The position numbers and the translations under genes are program-made. This document shows, in pieces, positions 51,851 through 63,100 of a stretch of DNA of 64,000 nt (position 1 is its first letter; each line of letters begins with the position of its first letter). This DNA is from Chiloscyllium plagiosum (lineage: Eukaryota): NCBI RefSeq assembly GCF_004010195.1, contig NC_057720.1, positions 7,226,328-7,290,327 on the forward strand, in the 5' to 3' direction. The notes beneath the pieces are model-generated. The model saw only the letters and a program-made list of their open reading frames with translations, was not told where the DNA came from and ran no database searches.

Positions 51851-51943
51851 CAAACCAATGACCTTATGACCTCAGAGCACAGCCTACTCATTCACCCTTG
51901 GCAGCTGGTTGATAATGTTTGATGATAAATGACCCCACTGTAC

Positions 51944-52157
51944 CTCTGCGTCATGATCTTGAAGGCATCTGGGAGGTAGCATTGCACATTCTCCATCTGG
52001 AAGAAGTCAGCGTCGCAGATCCTGTTGTCTGTCCGGCCGTAGTTGGCACTCTCGATCACAATGACGTCACTCCCTGGACAGCGCAAGTCGATGGCGTAGC
52101 CCTCGCAGGAGAGTTCCCTCCTCACCAGCCCGAATGGCAAGGCAGCTCGGCTGAAGC
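51944..52157 (-). CDS. ADGRL2: Internal coding exon of an adhesion GPCR latrophilin (ADGRL1/ADGRL2-like), N-terminal half of the lectin domain
   Basis: Translates (G)[71 protein letters not shown]. Acceptor is ttgtgttttgcag|GC and donor is CAGAG|gtacag; 214 bp, phase 1 to phase 2, matching the exon structure I recall for mammalian latrophilins. The family call is secure; ADGRL2 versus ADGRL1 is not ([19 protein letters not shown] and MTQR are L2-like; ENVQC is L1-like). Confidence 0.93.
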
Positions 52158-52544
52158 CTGCAAAACACAAACGGTTTTAGTCCTTTCTGGTGAGATTTTG
52201 CAGCAACTTTGAATGAACCCCAGCCGCAGCGATCTTAGCCCCATCAGAGCCAATGGTGGAAGCGTTGCTGCAATTAATCTCAAAATCCCTGATTTTCCAG
52301 AGACGGGAAGTGTGGTGGAGCAACAAGTCAATCAAGGGCCCCAGCTTCTGTCTGCTGACATAGCCATACCTGGAGTAGGCCATTCAGCACCTCAATGCTG
52401 TTCTACCCTCCTAACAAAATACATGAGTCCAACTGCAAATTGGAAGCAATGTCGTGTAAACTTGCAAATGAAGAATAGTCACTTGATGGTGATCTTGGAA
52501 AGGGGTTGCTCCCGCCTAGTTTTTAAACCTAGCATCTTCCAGAG

Positions 52545-52692
52545 ATGATATGGAGGAGCCGGTGTTGGACTGGGGTAGACAAAGTTAAAAATCACACAAC
52601 ACCACGTTACAATCCAACAGGTTTATTTGCAAGTGCGAGCTTTTTGGAGCACTGCTCCTTCATCAGGTAGCTAGTGGGGCAGGATCATAGGA
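52545..52692 (-). mobile_element. Single P1 arm
   Basis: Matches other P1 copies; minus strand CTGATGA-A-GGAGC-AGT-GCTCC-AAAA (G12 lost). Confidence 0.78.
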
Positions 52693-52829
52693 GAGGAAGA
52701 GGTGGGGGCTTGGGTGGGAGACAGTGGGAGGGAGAATGATCTAAAGAGGTAAAGAGAGATGGAACTAAGATTGGGGATGATATGACGTAGGTTCTGTTAA
52801 TGTAATCTTTGGAAATAAGGTCAACGCAT

Positions 52830-53148
52830 TTACATTACATTTTTACATTACATTACAGTGTGGAAACCGGCCCTTCAGCCCAATAAGTCCACACCGACCC
52901 GCCGAAGCGCAACCCACCCAGACCCCTACATGTACCCCTTACCTAACACTATGGGCAATTTAGCATGGCCAATTCACCTGACCTGCACATCTTTGGACTG
53001 TGGGAGGAAACCGGAGCACCCGGAGGAAACCCACGCAGACACGGGAAGAATGTGCGAACTCCACACAGTCAGTCGCCTGAGGTGGGAATTGAACCCGGGT
53101 CTCAGGCGCTGTGAGGCTGCAGTGCTAACCACTGTGCCACCGTGCCGC
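52830..53148 (-). mobile_element. Young V-SINE with (TTACA)n tail
   Basis: CpG-rich V-domain. Confidence 0.92.
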
Positions 53149-54174
53149 ATCATCCAAAAATGTTAAGGCTTGAGCAACCACATAGAATCCATCATTAATG
53201 ATAGGGGTAAATAAATACATATACATTAAAAAGTCTTTATGGTAAAAGAAAGCATTTGATAAGCCGAGATGCAGGAGACAGATGGGAAAATGGAATGAAA
53301 AGCAGAATGTGACTATGATGACAAATGTATGTATGGCTTAGGAGCCCGAGGGTGGATCCACTGATATTTCTTGCTCTTGGGATCTATGGTGAGGACGGTC
53401 TACAGGGATTAGTGTCAGACTGTAGTTCACCATTCCCTTCACGCAAGCAATTAGGGATGGGCCACAAATGCTAGCCTTGCCAACGATGCCAACAGTGAAA
53501 TGAAAATCAGTCAGTGCTGCACTCCATTCCCAAATGCCTTGGGCGTGTGTGATCAAAGGGAGAAGACAAATTTTTGGCCACATTATAAAAACTGGTCATA
53601 ATCCAATCAGCTGCCTCTTATATGCCCTTTCCATGAACGAACTGATGAAAGTTTCTGATGTTGTTGGCTTCAGATCTCCAGTGTATGCAGTTCTTTGTTT
53701 CAATTTAACTCTGTAAGGTACTTAGTAAATCACTTCCTGAGGCAGCAATGCCTCTCCTTGCTTCTCTAGATGTTGAAGTGGCGAGAGACGAGAGGTCAAG
53801 GGGAGGGAGAGGTTGTGGAGGGGTGGCGACTTAGAGTCTTATGGTTTGTAGGAGTTTGCTGTGAGAGACCTAGGGGGTTCCTTTAATCATGGCTGCCTTT
53901 TAAACATGCATAACATTTTGAAGATTATTGCAATACGTTTGCACACACAGAGTTGTGATTACAAAGACAGCATCTCTATTGACGATTACGAAAGCCATCA
54001 GAGCACCAGTGGAAAGGAGCGTGTTGAGAACAGGATTGGAAGCTCTCCACAGAAATGACCAGCAGAACACGGTTTTAGGTTAGTCCTAGAACACAGCACA
54101 TGATACAGGTTTCAATGCTTTTTATTACCTCAATCTCCTCTGGAGCTCACAGGAACATAACTCACTTTCGCTTA

Positions 54175-54491
54175 AGATTTAGATTTAGATTAGATTCCCT
54201 ACAGTGTGGAAACAGACCCTTCGGCCCAACCAGTCCACACCGACCCTCTGAAGATTAACTCACCCAGACCCATTCCCCTCTGACTAATGCACCTAACACC
54301 ATGGGCAATTTAGCATGGCCAATTCACCTAACCTCCACATCTTTGGACTGTGGGAGGAAACTGGAGCACCCGGAGGAAACCCACGCAGACACAGGGAGAA
54401 CGTGCAAACTCCACACAGACAGTTGCCCAAGGCTGAAATCGAACCTGGGATCCTGGTGCTGTGAGGCAGCCGTGCTAACCACTGAGCCACC
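54175..54491 (-). mobile_element. V-SINE (HE1-like)
   Basis: Reverse-complement V-domain. Confidence 0.92.
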
Positions 54492-54519
54492 AGAGGCTGG
54501 AAGAAAGAAATAGCAAGTA

Positions 54520-54816
54520 TGTTAGATTACTTACAGTGTGGAAGCAGGCCCTATGGCCCAACAAGACCACACCGAACCTCCGAAGAGCAACCCACCCAGA
54601 CCCATTCCCCTACATTTACCCCTTCACCTAACACTACGGGCAATTTAGCATGGCCAATTCACCTAACCTGCACATCTTTGGACTGTGGGAGGAAACCGGA
54701 GCAAACCCACACAGACACGGGGAGAATGTACAAACTCCACATAGACAGATGCCTGAGGCGGGAATTAAACCGGGGTCTCTGGCGCTGTGAGGCAGCAGTG
54801 CTAACCACTGCGTCAC
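54520..54816 (-). mobile_element. V-SINE (HE1-like)
   Basis: Reverse-complement V-domain. Confidence 0.92.
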
Positions 54817-54989
54817 CCACAGAATTCACAAGCCTTGACACATGGCAAGGACTGACATTCCTTGAGTCTGGCGCCTTAGACCCTTGGCCACCCTGACAAG
54901 CTACAAGTAATCCCGAAACCTGCAATACAGATCCGTCAGGCAAAGGTCTCACACCAGAATCAGCTCATTCCTCCTCTCTTGTCTATGAT

Positions 54990-55350
54990 TGATTCGATTT
55001 GATTTATTATTGTTATATGAACCTTGGTACAGTGAAAGGTTTTGTCTTGTGTGTAGTACGGGCAGGTCGCACCATACAAATTGCATTCAGGTACCAGAGC
55101 AGAACAACGCTATGGCTTCAGAGAAAGTGCATAAGGAGCGAGATCAACATAAAATTTAGAATTTGAGAGGTCCATTCAGAAGTCTAATAACAGCAGGGAA
55201 GAAGCTGCACTTGAATCTGTGGGGCCATGTGTTTAAGTTTTTGTACCTTCTGCCCGGTGGAAGTGGTTGGAAGAGATTGTATTGGGGTCGGGAGGGGGTC
55301 TTTGATGATGTTGGCTGCCTTTCCGAGGCAACAAGGAGTATGGATGGGGT
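54990..55350 (-). mobile_element. Rex1/Babar-like LINE 3' end
   Basis: LFQPLPPGRRYKNLNTWPHRFKCSFFPAVIRLLN. Confidence 0.8.
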
Positions 55351-55769
55351 ATAGATTGTGCAGGGCTTTGATGGAATACTGTAGATCACTCTGGTGTCCA
55401 TATTTAAGGAAGGATGTCTGTGCTCTGTGGAAGGCACAGTGAAGGGTAATGAGGCTGGTCCCTGCTATGAGGAGATTGGCCTCTAGTGCAAGTTTGAGTG
55501 AAGTGTGTCTCTTTTCTCTAGTGTTTAGAATAGAGTCAATCTCTTTAAAATGTACAAGTTTCTGAAGGGACTTGGCAGCATTAAGATGATCAAATTGGCA
55601 GATAACATTGTTAAGGTTCATAATAGTTAGCATTGAGAGGGTGTGGACCCTGTGACTGAAGCCCGCAGTCACAGCCTCAGGACAAGGGGTCAGCCTTTTC
55701 GGAGTGAGAAGGAGAGAAATTCTTGTACTCAAATAGGTTGAGTTAAACAGATTTTTGAATGCTGAGATA

Positions 55770-55786
55770 GAGGAAATAGAGACAGA

Positions 55787-55824
<38 letters not shown>

Positions 55825-55951
55825 CTAGAGGGGTATGGGGTTTGCTTTTATGGGGACTTTAACCCCATAGAGGAGACACAGACAGATAATGAAAGAGAGT
55901 GAGAGAGAGAGAGAGAGACAGAGAGAGAGAGAGAGTGAGAGAGGGAGAGAG
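55770..55951. repeat. (GA)n-rich tracts within a decayed CR1 tail
   Basis: Seen directly. Confidence 0.85.
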
Positions 55952-56554
55952 ACTGGAAAATGGATTCACAGTCACAATCAGATCAGCCACTATCTTAGTA
56001 AACAGTGGAGCAGGTGCAATGGAGTTAAGTGGCCTACTCTAGCTGTGATTTCCCTTCATTTAAGAATATGGTGATAGTGCAGGAAGGTGATGTTAAGGGG
56101 GGAAATTAGCCATGATTTTAACAAATAGTAAGAGTAAGCTCAAAGAGCCAAATGTCCAACCCCAGCATTCAGTAATGCCTCTACATAGCAGCAAATTCCT
56201 CATTAATTACAGGCCTCTTGTTCATTCTGATGATCATTAAACATGTTTAAATTCAACATTCTGTTCGGTAGTTGAGCCTTTGAAACTCAACTCTTCCAAT
56301 GTCAGCACATGGTCCCTTTGTGTGAAGGTTCTTTACCTGCTGGTCTTACTGTGATGTTTTACATGTATTTGACACTTTTTTCCAACTGCAACCAGAGGTA
56401 TTGAAGCATCGAAGTATTTACCAGGAAAGAAACTTTTCCCCTTGACACAGGGATCAATGACCAAGGGGCATTGATTTAAGGTAAGGGGTAGGAGGTTTAG
56501 AGATGTGAGAAAAAATGTTTTCTACTCACGAGGGACTCGGGAACTCACTGTTGC

Positions 56555-56790
56555 TGTCGTGAGTATAATAAGGTCAGCCAAATGGACCTCATAGAATATG
56601 AATTCCCATTTTGGGGCTGTTAATCTGGTCCAATTAAGGAGCCCTGGCTGACAGATATAAACAGGAGTGTCAGACATTCTGTTCACCCTGAGAGCTGACT
56701 CTGAGGGAGTTGGATCAGTGCCAAGGACTCTGCACATTTAACTAAAGGGTGACTTGGTGATGGGATACCGTCCTCTGTCAAGTTATTCCA
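56555..56790 (+). mobile_element. Possible short solo LTR inserted in a CR1 3' fragment (56410-56940)
   Basis: TG...CA ends, CCAAT and TATAAA motifs; interrupts collinear CR1 sequence; no clean TSD. Confidence 0.45.
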
Positions 56791-57329
56791 ATGGCCTAGA
56801 AGAATGGTAGAGACAGAAACCCTCACATCATTTAGATGTGCACTTGTGATGCTAAGGCATACAAGGCAATGGGCTAAGCGCTGGAAAACGGGTTAGAATA
56901 GTTAGATGTTTTTGACTGGTACAGACTCGATGGGCTGTAGACCGCTGTCAAACACAATCACACCTCAATTTCTAGGGACTTCAACTTGAACTGAGGACTG
57001 AACTCATTTGCAATGAGACCCCTGACATGATTATGGTCTGTTGTGTCCACTGAACAAAGCATTGTGAACATGCCCTATCCTCACACACTGTGCCTCAAAC
57101 TGAGCTGGTTTGGCACCAATCATCTTAAAATTATGTCACATGTCGGCTTCAGTCACCTGCACCTGGGACCGGATCTTTGAGAAGCTGATTTGTGTAAAAT
57201 CGTCACCACAGATCTTGTGGGGCAGTCGGTAGCGTCCCTGCCTCTGTGCCAGAAGCTTCAGGTTTGAGTCCCACTCCAAGGAGAGGGAAGGTGAATGTGG
57301 CCTAACAGTTTGAGAAGAAACCTCCGAGA

Positions 57330-57903
57330 GGCTTCGAGTACAGGAGCAGGGATGTGTTATTGTAGGCCAAACCTAGAATATTGTGTGCGGATTTGGTCTC
57401 CTTTTCTGAGGAAGGATGCCCTTGCTCTCGAGGGAGTGCAGTGAAGGTTTCCCAGGCTGTTCCCAGGGATAGTGGGACTGACGGATGGGGAGGGTTTGAC
57501 TTGGGTAGGATTGTTTTCACTGGAGTTCAAGTGAATGAGAGGGGATCTCACAGGACTAGACAGGGTAGATACAGGGTAGATGTTACTGATGGTGGGTGTG
57601 TCCAGAACCAGGGTCACAGTCTGAGGATTCAGGGTGGATTATTTAGCATGGAGATGAGGAGACATTTTTTCACCTGTGGTGAGCCTATGGAATTCATTAC
57701 CACAGGAAGGAGTTGATGCCAAAACATTGACTGTATTCAAGAGGCAGCTAGATATAGTACTTGGGGAGAATGGGATCAAAGAGTATAGGGAGAAAGCAGG
57801 ATTAGGCTACTGAGTTGGACGATCAGCCATGACCATGATGAATGGCAGAGCAGGCCCAAAGGGCTGAATGGCCTCTTCCAGCTCTTATTTTCTGTGTTTC
57901 TAC
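57330..57903 (+). mobile_element. CR1 LINE 3' fragment
   Basis: Degenerate LEYC...FW...RKD region and tail. Confidence 0.8.
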
Positions 57904-58159
57904 AAATCCTTTTAGCACACAACCATGGTAAGAGCAGGAGGGATTCCTGGTCACCCACACTGAGACTTGCTCGCAATTCTAGATTGGTCAACTGAGTGTA
58001 AGCTCCAGCTGCCCCGTCTGAACCTCTCTCATCAGACCTTAAGACCGGGGCCTCCAGATTACCAATCCAGTGACATTACTGATGGGTGTGACAGCGGAGA
58101 AGATCATGAGGAAACTCACAAGCGAGATTTAGCAGAATTTCAGCCTTGATCACAGCTTC

Positions 58160-59060
58160 TTTTTATTCATTCATGGGATGAGGGCATCACTGGTTAGCTC
58201 AGCATGTATTACTCATCCCAGCAGGCACTGAGGTAACTACATTGCTGCGGGTCTGGAGTCAAATGTAGGCCAGACCAGGTAAGGATGGCAGTTTCCTTCC
58301 CTAAAGGGCATCAGTGAACCTTTTTTTCTGACATCAGTGAGATTTTTCTGACAATCGACAATGGATTCATGGTCATCATCAGACTTTTAATTCCAGATTG
58401 TTATTGAATTCAAATTCTGCCATGGAGAGATTCAAACCCATGTCCCCGGATCATTACCTGAATCTCAGGATTAATCCCCATGAAGGGAAATACAGAGTCT
58501 ACGAGAGAGACAGCCCAGTGATAATTCCACTAGATCACTGCAGCCCCAAATGTGCCAACGCAACTGTTGTAACCTTGATTGAGAATGGTGCTGTGTTGGG
58601 GTGAGGTCTTTAAGTTTTTTGGATTCTTTCATAGGATGTGGGTGTCACTGACTAGACTAGCATTTATTGCCCCTCCCTAATTGCCCAGAGGATAGTTAAG
58701 AGTCAACCACATTGCTGTGGATCTAGAGTCACATGAAAGGCTAGACCAGGCAAGGATGGCAGTTTCCTTCCCAAAAGGTTATTAGTGAAGCAGATGGGTT
58801 TTCCTGGCCATCAACAATGGATTCATGGACATCATCCAACTCTTAATTCCAGATTATTATTGAATTCAAATTTAAATGGAGGGATTTGAACCCATGTCTC
58901 GAAAGAGCATGAGCAAATAAGACGGGTTTTCATGACAACTGACATTGGTTTCATAGTCATCATTACATTCTTAATTCCAGGTTTTTATTGGATTCAAATT
59001 CCACCATCTGCCATGGCAGAATTTGAATGTGGGTCTCCAAACACTACTTGGGTCTCGGGA
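58160..59060 (-). mobile_element. Tandem cluster of SINE-B copies
   Basis: Two to three reverse-complement copies of 3630-3985. Confidence 0.75.
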
Positions 59061-59119
59061 ATAAACCTCATTAGGAGAGATAAAGTGTGTATTAGAGAGA
59101 TATTGGCGAGATATATTAG

Positions 59120-59685
59120 CTGTATAAAATCCTTGTCGGGCCTCATTTGGAGTTTTGTATGCAGTTTTGGTCACCACAGTACCAGAAGGAGGTGGAAGCT
59201 TTGGAGAGAGAGTGCAGAGTAGTCTCATCAGAATGTTGCCTGGTCTCAAGGGCATTGACTATTAGGAAAGGTTAAAAAGACGAGGATTGTTTTCACTGGG
59301 AAGATGGTGGCTGAGAGGAGACCTGATAGAGGTCTACACAATTATGAGGCAGAGATAGAGTGGATGTCAGAGGCTTTTTCCCAGGGTTGAAGTTTCAATG
59401 ACAAGAGGGCACAGGTTCAAGGTGAGAGGGGGAACGTTTAAGGGAGATGTGCGAGGGAAGTTTTTCACACAGAGAGTGGAACGCATTGCCAGAAGAGGTG
59501 GTGGAAGCAGGCAGGTTGGAGACATTTAAGAGGCATCTGGATGGTTACAGAATAGGGAGGGAACAGAGGGATATGGACTGAATAAGGGCAGAGGTTCATT
59601 CTTTAGTTTAGTAAGGGCATGTTGATCAGCACAAGCTTGGAGGGCCGAAGGGCCTGTTCCTGTGCTGCACTTCACTTTGTTCTTT
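59120..59685 (+). mobile_element. CR1 3' fragment inserted in a satellite
   Basis: LYKILVGPHLEFCMQFWSP motif and tail. Confidence 0.87.
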
Positions 59686-60100
59686 GATACAGTGTGTTAG
59701 AGAAATACAAAGTGTACGAGAGAGATATTAGAGGAATAGATTGTGTTAGAGAAATGTTAGAGAGATACAGAGTGTATTAGAAAAATAATAAGTATCCTGG
59801 AGAGATATCAGAGAAATATAAAGTACACGAGTGATAAATTAGAGAGATATAGAGTGTATTAGAGAGATAGTACAGAGATAAAATATCTATGAGAGATATT
59901 AAAGAGACACAGGGTGTATTAGAGCGATATTAGCAAGATAGTGTGTATTAGAGAGATATTAGAGCGATACAGTGCGCATTAGAGAGATATTAGAAAGATA
60001 CTATGTGTTTTAGAAAGATGTCAGAGAGATACAGTGTGTATTAGAAATATATTAGAGAGATACAGTGTGTATTTGAGAGATATTAGAGAGATATTGAAGT
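59686..60100. repeat. Degenerate ~30-bp minisatellite (agagagatattagagagatacagtgtgtatt)
   Basis: Seen directly; also present at ~59070-59120, on the other side of the CR1. Confidence 0.85.
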
Positions 60101-60711
60101 AGATATATCTGGGTTCATTACATAACAAATATTGAATCAGTTTCCAGAAAGATCTCCCAAATTCAGCAGGCGGTGATTTTGGCTGGGATCAGGTTCAACC
60201 CCTACTAAAGGCTTGGATTTCACATTCGACCTAATTTCAGTTCTCACTTCACTTCACTGAGACAGCGTTGGTGGGAAATTGAAAGCAGATTGAAAGCAGG
60301 CAGACGTGCTGATTCACTGCATCCAACAGAGACGGACATGACCACACAATTTCCTACACTGGAAAGTTTCAGTCTTTGATGAGCGTCGGCAGCTTCTTTG
60401 ATAAAGTTATGGACCGTTCTTCCAAATATCAGGCTAATTTGATGCTGTTTCCCCTCATGTAAAGTGCTTGGAACATGTTCAGGAAGAAAGGAGAAAGGAG
60501 TATCTGAAGGGGGAGTGATGGAGTGACAATGTTGCTGGACTAGTCATGCAGATCCTAAGGCGAATGTTCTGGGCATAAGTGTTCAAATCCCAGCTTGGCA
60601 ACTGACAAAATCTGATTCAATAAAACTCTTGATTTTTTTTTAAAATGGCTTAATAGTGACCATTGTCAATTATTGTTTAAAAAACCCATCTGATCCACTA
60701 TTGTCTGTCAG

Positions 60712-60990
60712 AATCACAGAATCCCCAGAGTGCAGAAAGAGACCAGTCAGTTCACTAAGTCTGCATATGAGGTTTTGAACTCTGGTTAACCCAGCTAGCC
60801 TGCACATCCCTGGACACTGTAGGCAACTTGGCATGGCACATCTTTGGACTGGGGGAGGAATGCAGAGCACCAGAGAGAAACCCAACACAGACACTGGGCC
60901 AACATACAAACTCCGTACAGTCACCCAAAGGAGGAAATCGAACCTGGGTCCCAGGCACTGGGAGGCAACAGTGCTAACCACCGAGCCACT
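60712..60990 (-). mobile_element. Old V-SINE nested in a SINE-B (60510-61140)
   Basis: Degenerate V-domain; SINE-B continues on both sides. Confidence 0.75.
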
Positions 60991-61499
60991 GTGCTACACA
61001 GAAATTCAGTTTCAAGGAAGGAAATCTGCCATCCTTCTCTGGTCTGACCCACACATGACTCCAGACCCATAACAATGTGATTAACTCAACTGCATTTTGG
61101 GTAATAAAGGATGCTCCGACCCATGATGCACCCATCCCCTTGGGCTTGCCACATCACAATTGATCATCTGGCTCAGCAGCACTGTCCTGTTTTATCCTCA
61201 TATCCCTTGGTCTACTGGTATCTAAAAACTTCTACCTCTTGAACAATGACTGAGCTTCCACAGCCCTCAGTCCAAAGATTGAACAGACACTGAAGGAAGA
61301 AAGTCTTTCTCATCTCCATTCTAAGTGGCTTGCCTCACATGCTGAGACTGTATCTCCTGCTTCTAGACCACCTTCCCAAGCAGGGAAGCTGTATCCACAC
61401 TGTCTAGCCTTGATATCTCCATTAAAGACACTGTTTAACAGCAAAACCAGCATAACAAAACATAACCAGTGGCACACACAAACCCCTGCTTTGAGAATG

Positions 61500-61770
61500 C
61501 ATGTAAACATGAAGTGAAGGTGCTTTATCGTCCCTGGGAGCAACTGGCTGACGAAAGATGAAAATGGCCACACTTCCTGCAGGCTGGCATGTGCCATGAC
61601 CAGTGGCTACAATCATCTGGCAACCAGCACCAATACTAGAAGGAACAACACACAAATACCACAAAGTGACTACATGTGTGGTACTTGTGGAAGAACTAGT
61701 CTGGCGAGGAATGGCCTCTCTGTTCTCCTTGTCCATCCTCATTCACAGACATAATGGCGCAGACGAGACA
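61500..61770 (+). mobile_element. RTE-clade LINE 3' remnant
   Basis: CGTCGRTSLARNGL resembles the RTE C-terminal CxxCGRxCxSRIGL motif. Confidence 0.5.
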
Positions 61771-62185
61771 ATGGGTTATACAGCTACCTTTCCAAATTGG
61801 GTGACACAAAGGCAGAAGGTATTGTAGGAAGCCTCCCCTTGCTGTTTCTCCTCATGCTGTTTCACCTCGTGGAAGTTTCAGCTCACAAAGAGATGTTGAT
61901 AATTATTGAAGACTATGGTAAATGGCTTCAATGTAGGCAAATATGAGAGCATTCAGCCTCTAGATAAAAAAGGGAGAGGACAGCGTACTTGCTCAGTGAT
62001 AAATAGCTAGAAACAGTGGAGTTCCAAACAGACTTACAGGTCTGTGAACATAAATTGTTAAAGTGTCATCAACATGCACAAGGGAAAGGTAAACAGAAAT
62101 GTTAATTGAATTCTGGCCTTCCTGTCAAAAGGAATAAAGAGAATTGAACTCCTACGTCAGGTGTATAAAACTCTTGAATACTGTG

Positions 62186-62404
62186 CTGTGGAGGTGCCGG
62201 TGTTGGACTGGGTTGTACAAAGTTAAAAATCACACAACACCAGATTAAAGTCCCAACAGGTTTATTTGGAAGCACTAGCTTTCGGAGCGCTGCTCCTTCA
62301 TCACCTGATACTCCACAACCACCTGATGAAGGAGCAGCGCTCCAAAACCTCGTGCTTCCAAATAAACCTGTTGGACTATAGCCTGGTGTTGTGTGATTGT
62401 TAAC
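62186..62404. mobile_element. P1 palindrome inside a decayed CR1 (61900-62530)
   Basis: Inverted arms with cores TGATGA-A-GGAGC-AGC-GCTCC on both strands, each mutated. Confidence 0.82.
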
Positions 62405-62659
62405 CTGGAAGACTGTGAGAAGTCAAGACAGCACATGTTAAGGAAGGATACATTGGTCTTTGAAGGAGCACAGATTTCCAAGAATGATAGCTAGACTTCA
62501 AGGGTTAATTTACAAGGAGAAATTAAACTAATACTATTTAATTGCCTATTTCAGTGATGACAGCCACTCTGTGGATTATTTCTTGGGGGAATGCCTTGAC
62601 CAATTAGAGTCAACCTGCCTGGATCAAACTTAAAGAATACTTGGCAGTTAATTGTCACT

Positions 62660-62830
62660 GCTTAAAAATGTGTTGCTGGAAAAGCAACACATGTGCAGCA
62701 GGTCAGGCAGCATCAAAGGAACAGGAGAATCGACGTTTCGGGCATAAGCCCTTCTTCAGGAATGAGGAGGGTGTGCCAAGCAGGCTAAGATAAAAGGTAG
62801 GGAGGAGGGACTTGGGGGAGGGGTGTTGGG
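62660..62830 (-). mobile_element. P2 arm with internal UTR
   Basis: 11-bp TSD taattgtcact (62649-62659 / 62831-62841). Confidence 0.82.
62732..62762 (-). ncRNA. Hammerhead core (P2), same strand as the latrophilin pre-mRNA
   Basis: Minus strand TTC-CTGAAGA-A-GGGC-TTAT-GCCC-GAAA-CG-TC. Confidence 0.6.
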
Positions 62831-62959
62831 TAATTGTCACTCATTATCTAACTTGTGTACTCCCCATGGCAATATCTCCCCTCATCAGAGACAACTTGTG
62901 AGCCAACAAGCACTTGCTTCTGCAGTCCAAAATGTTGTTCCCTCTCTGAATCAAATTAG

Positions 62960-63100
62960 AACAGTTCTGAGGAAGGGTCACTCGACCCAAAACGTTAACT
63001 CTGATTTCTCTCCACAGATGTTATCAGACCTGCTGAGCTTTTCCAGCGATTTCTGTTTTTGTTTCTGATTTACCACATCCACATTCTTTCCATTTTTCTT
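62960..63100 (+). mobile_element. P3 terminus
   Basis: AGTT-CTGAGGA-A-GGGTC-ACTC-GACCC-AAAA-CG-TT-AACT (G12 lost). Confidence 0.75.

Noticed and set aside
51892..52170. ORF-track start (MCFA) and tail (YSGVIYHQ...) as coding sequence
   Set aside because: They lie outside the AG/GT splice sites; intronic read-through
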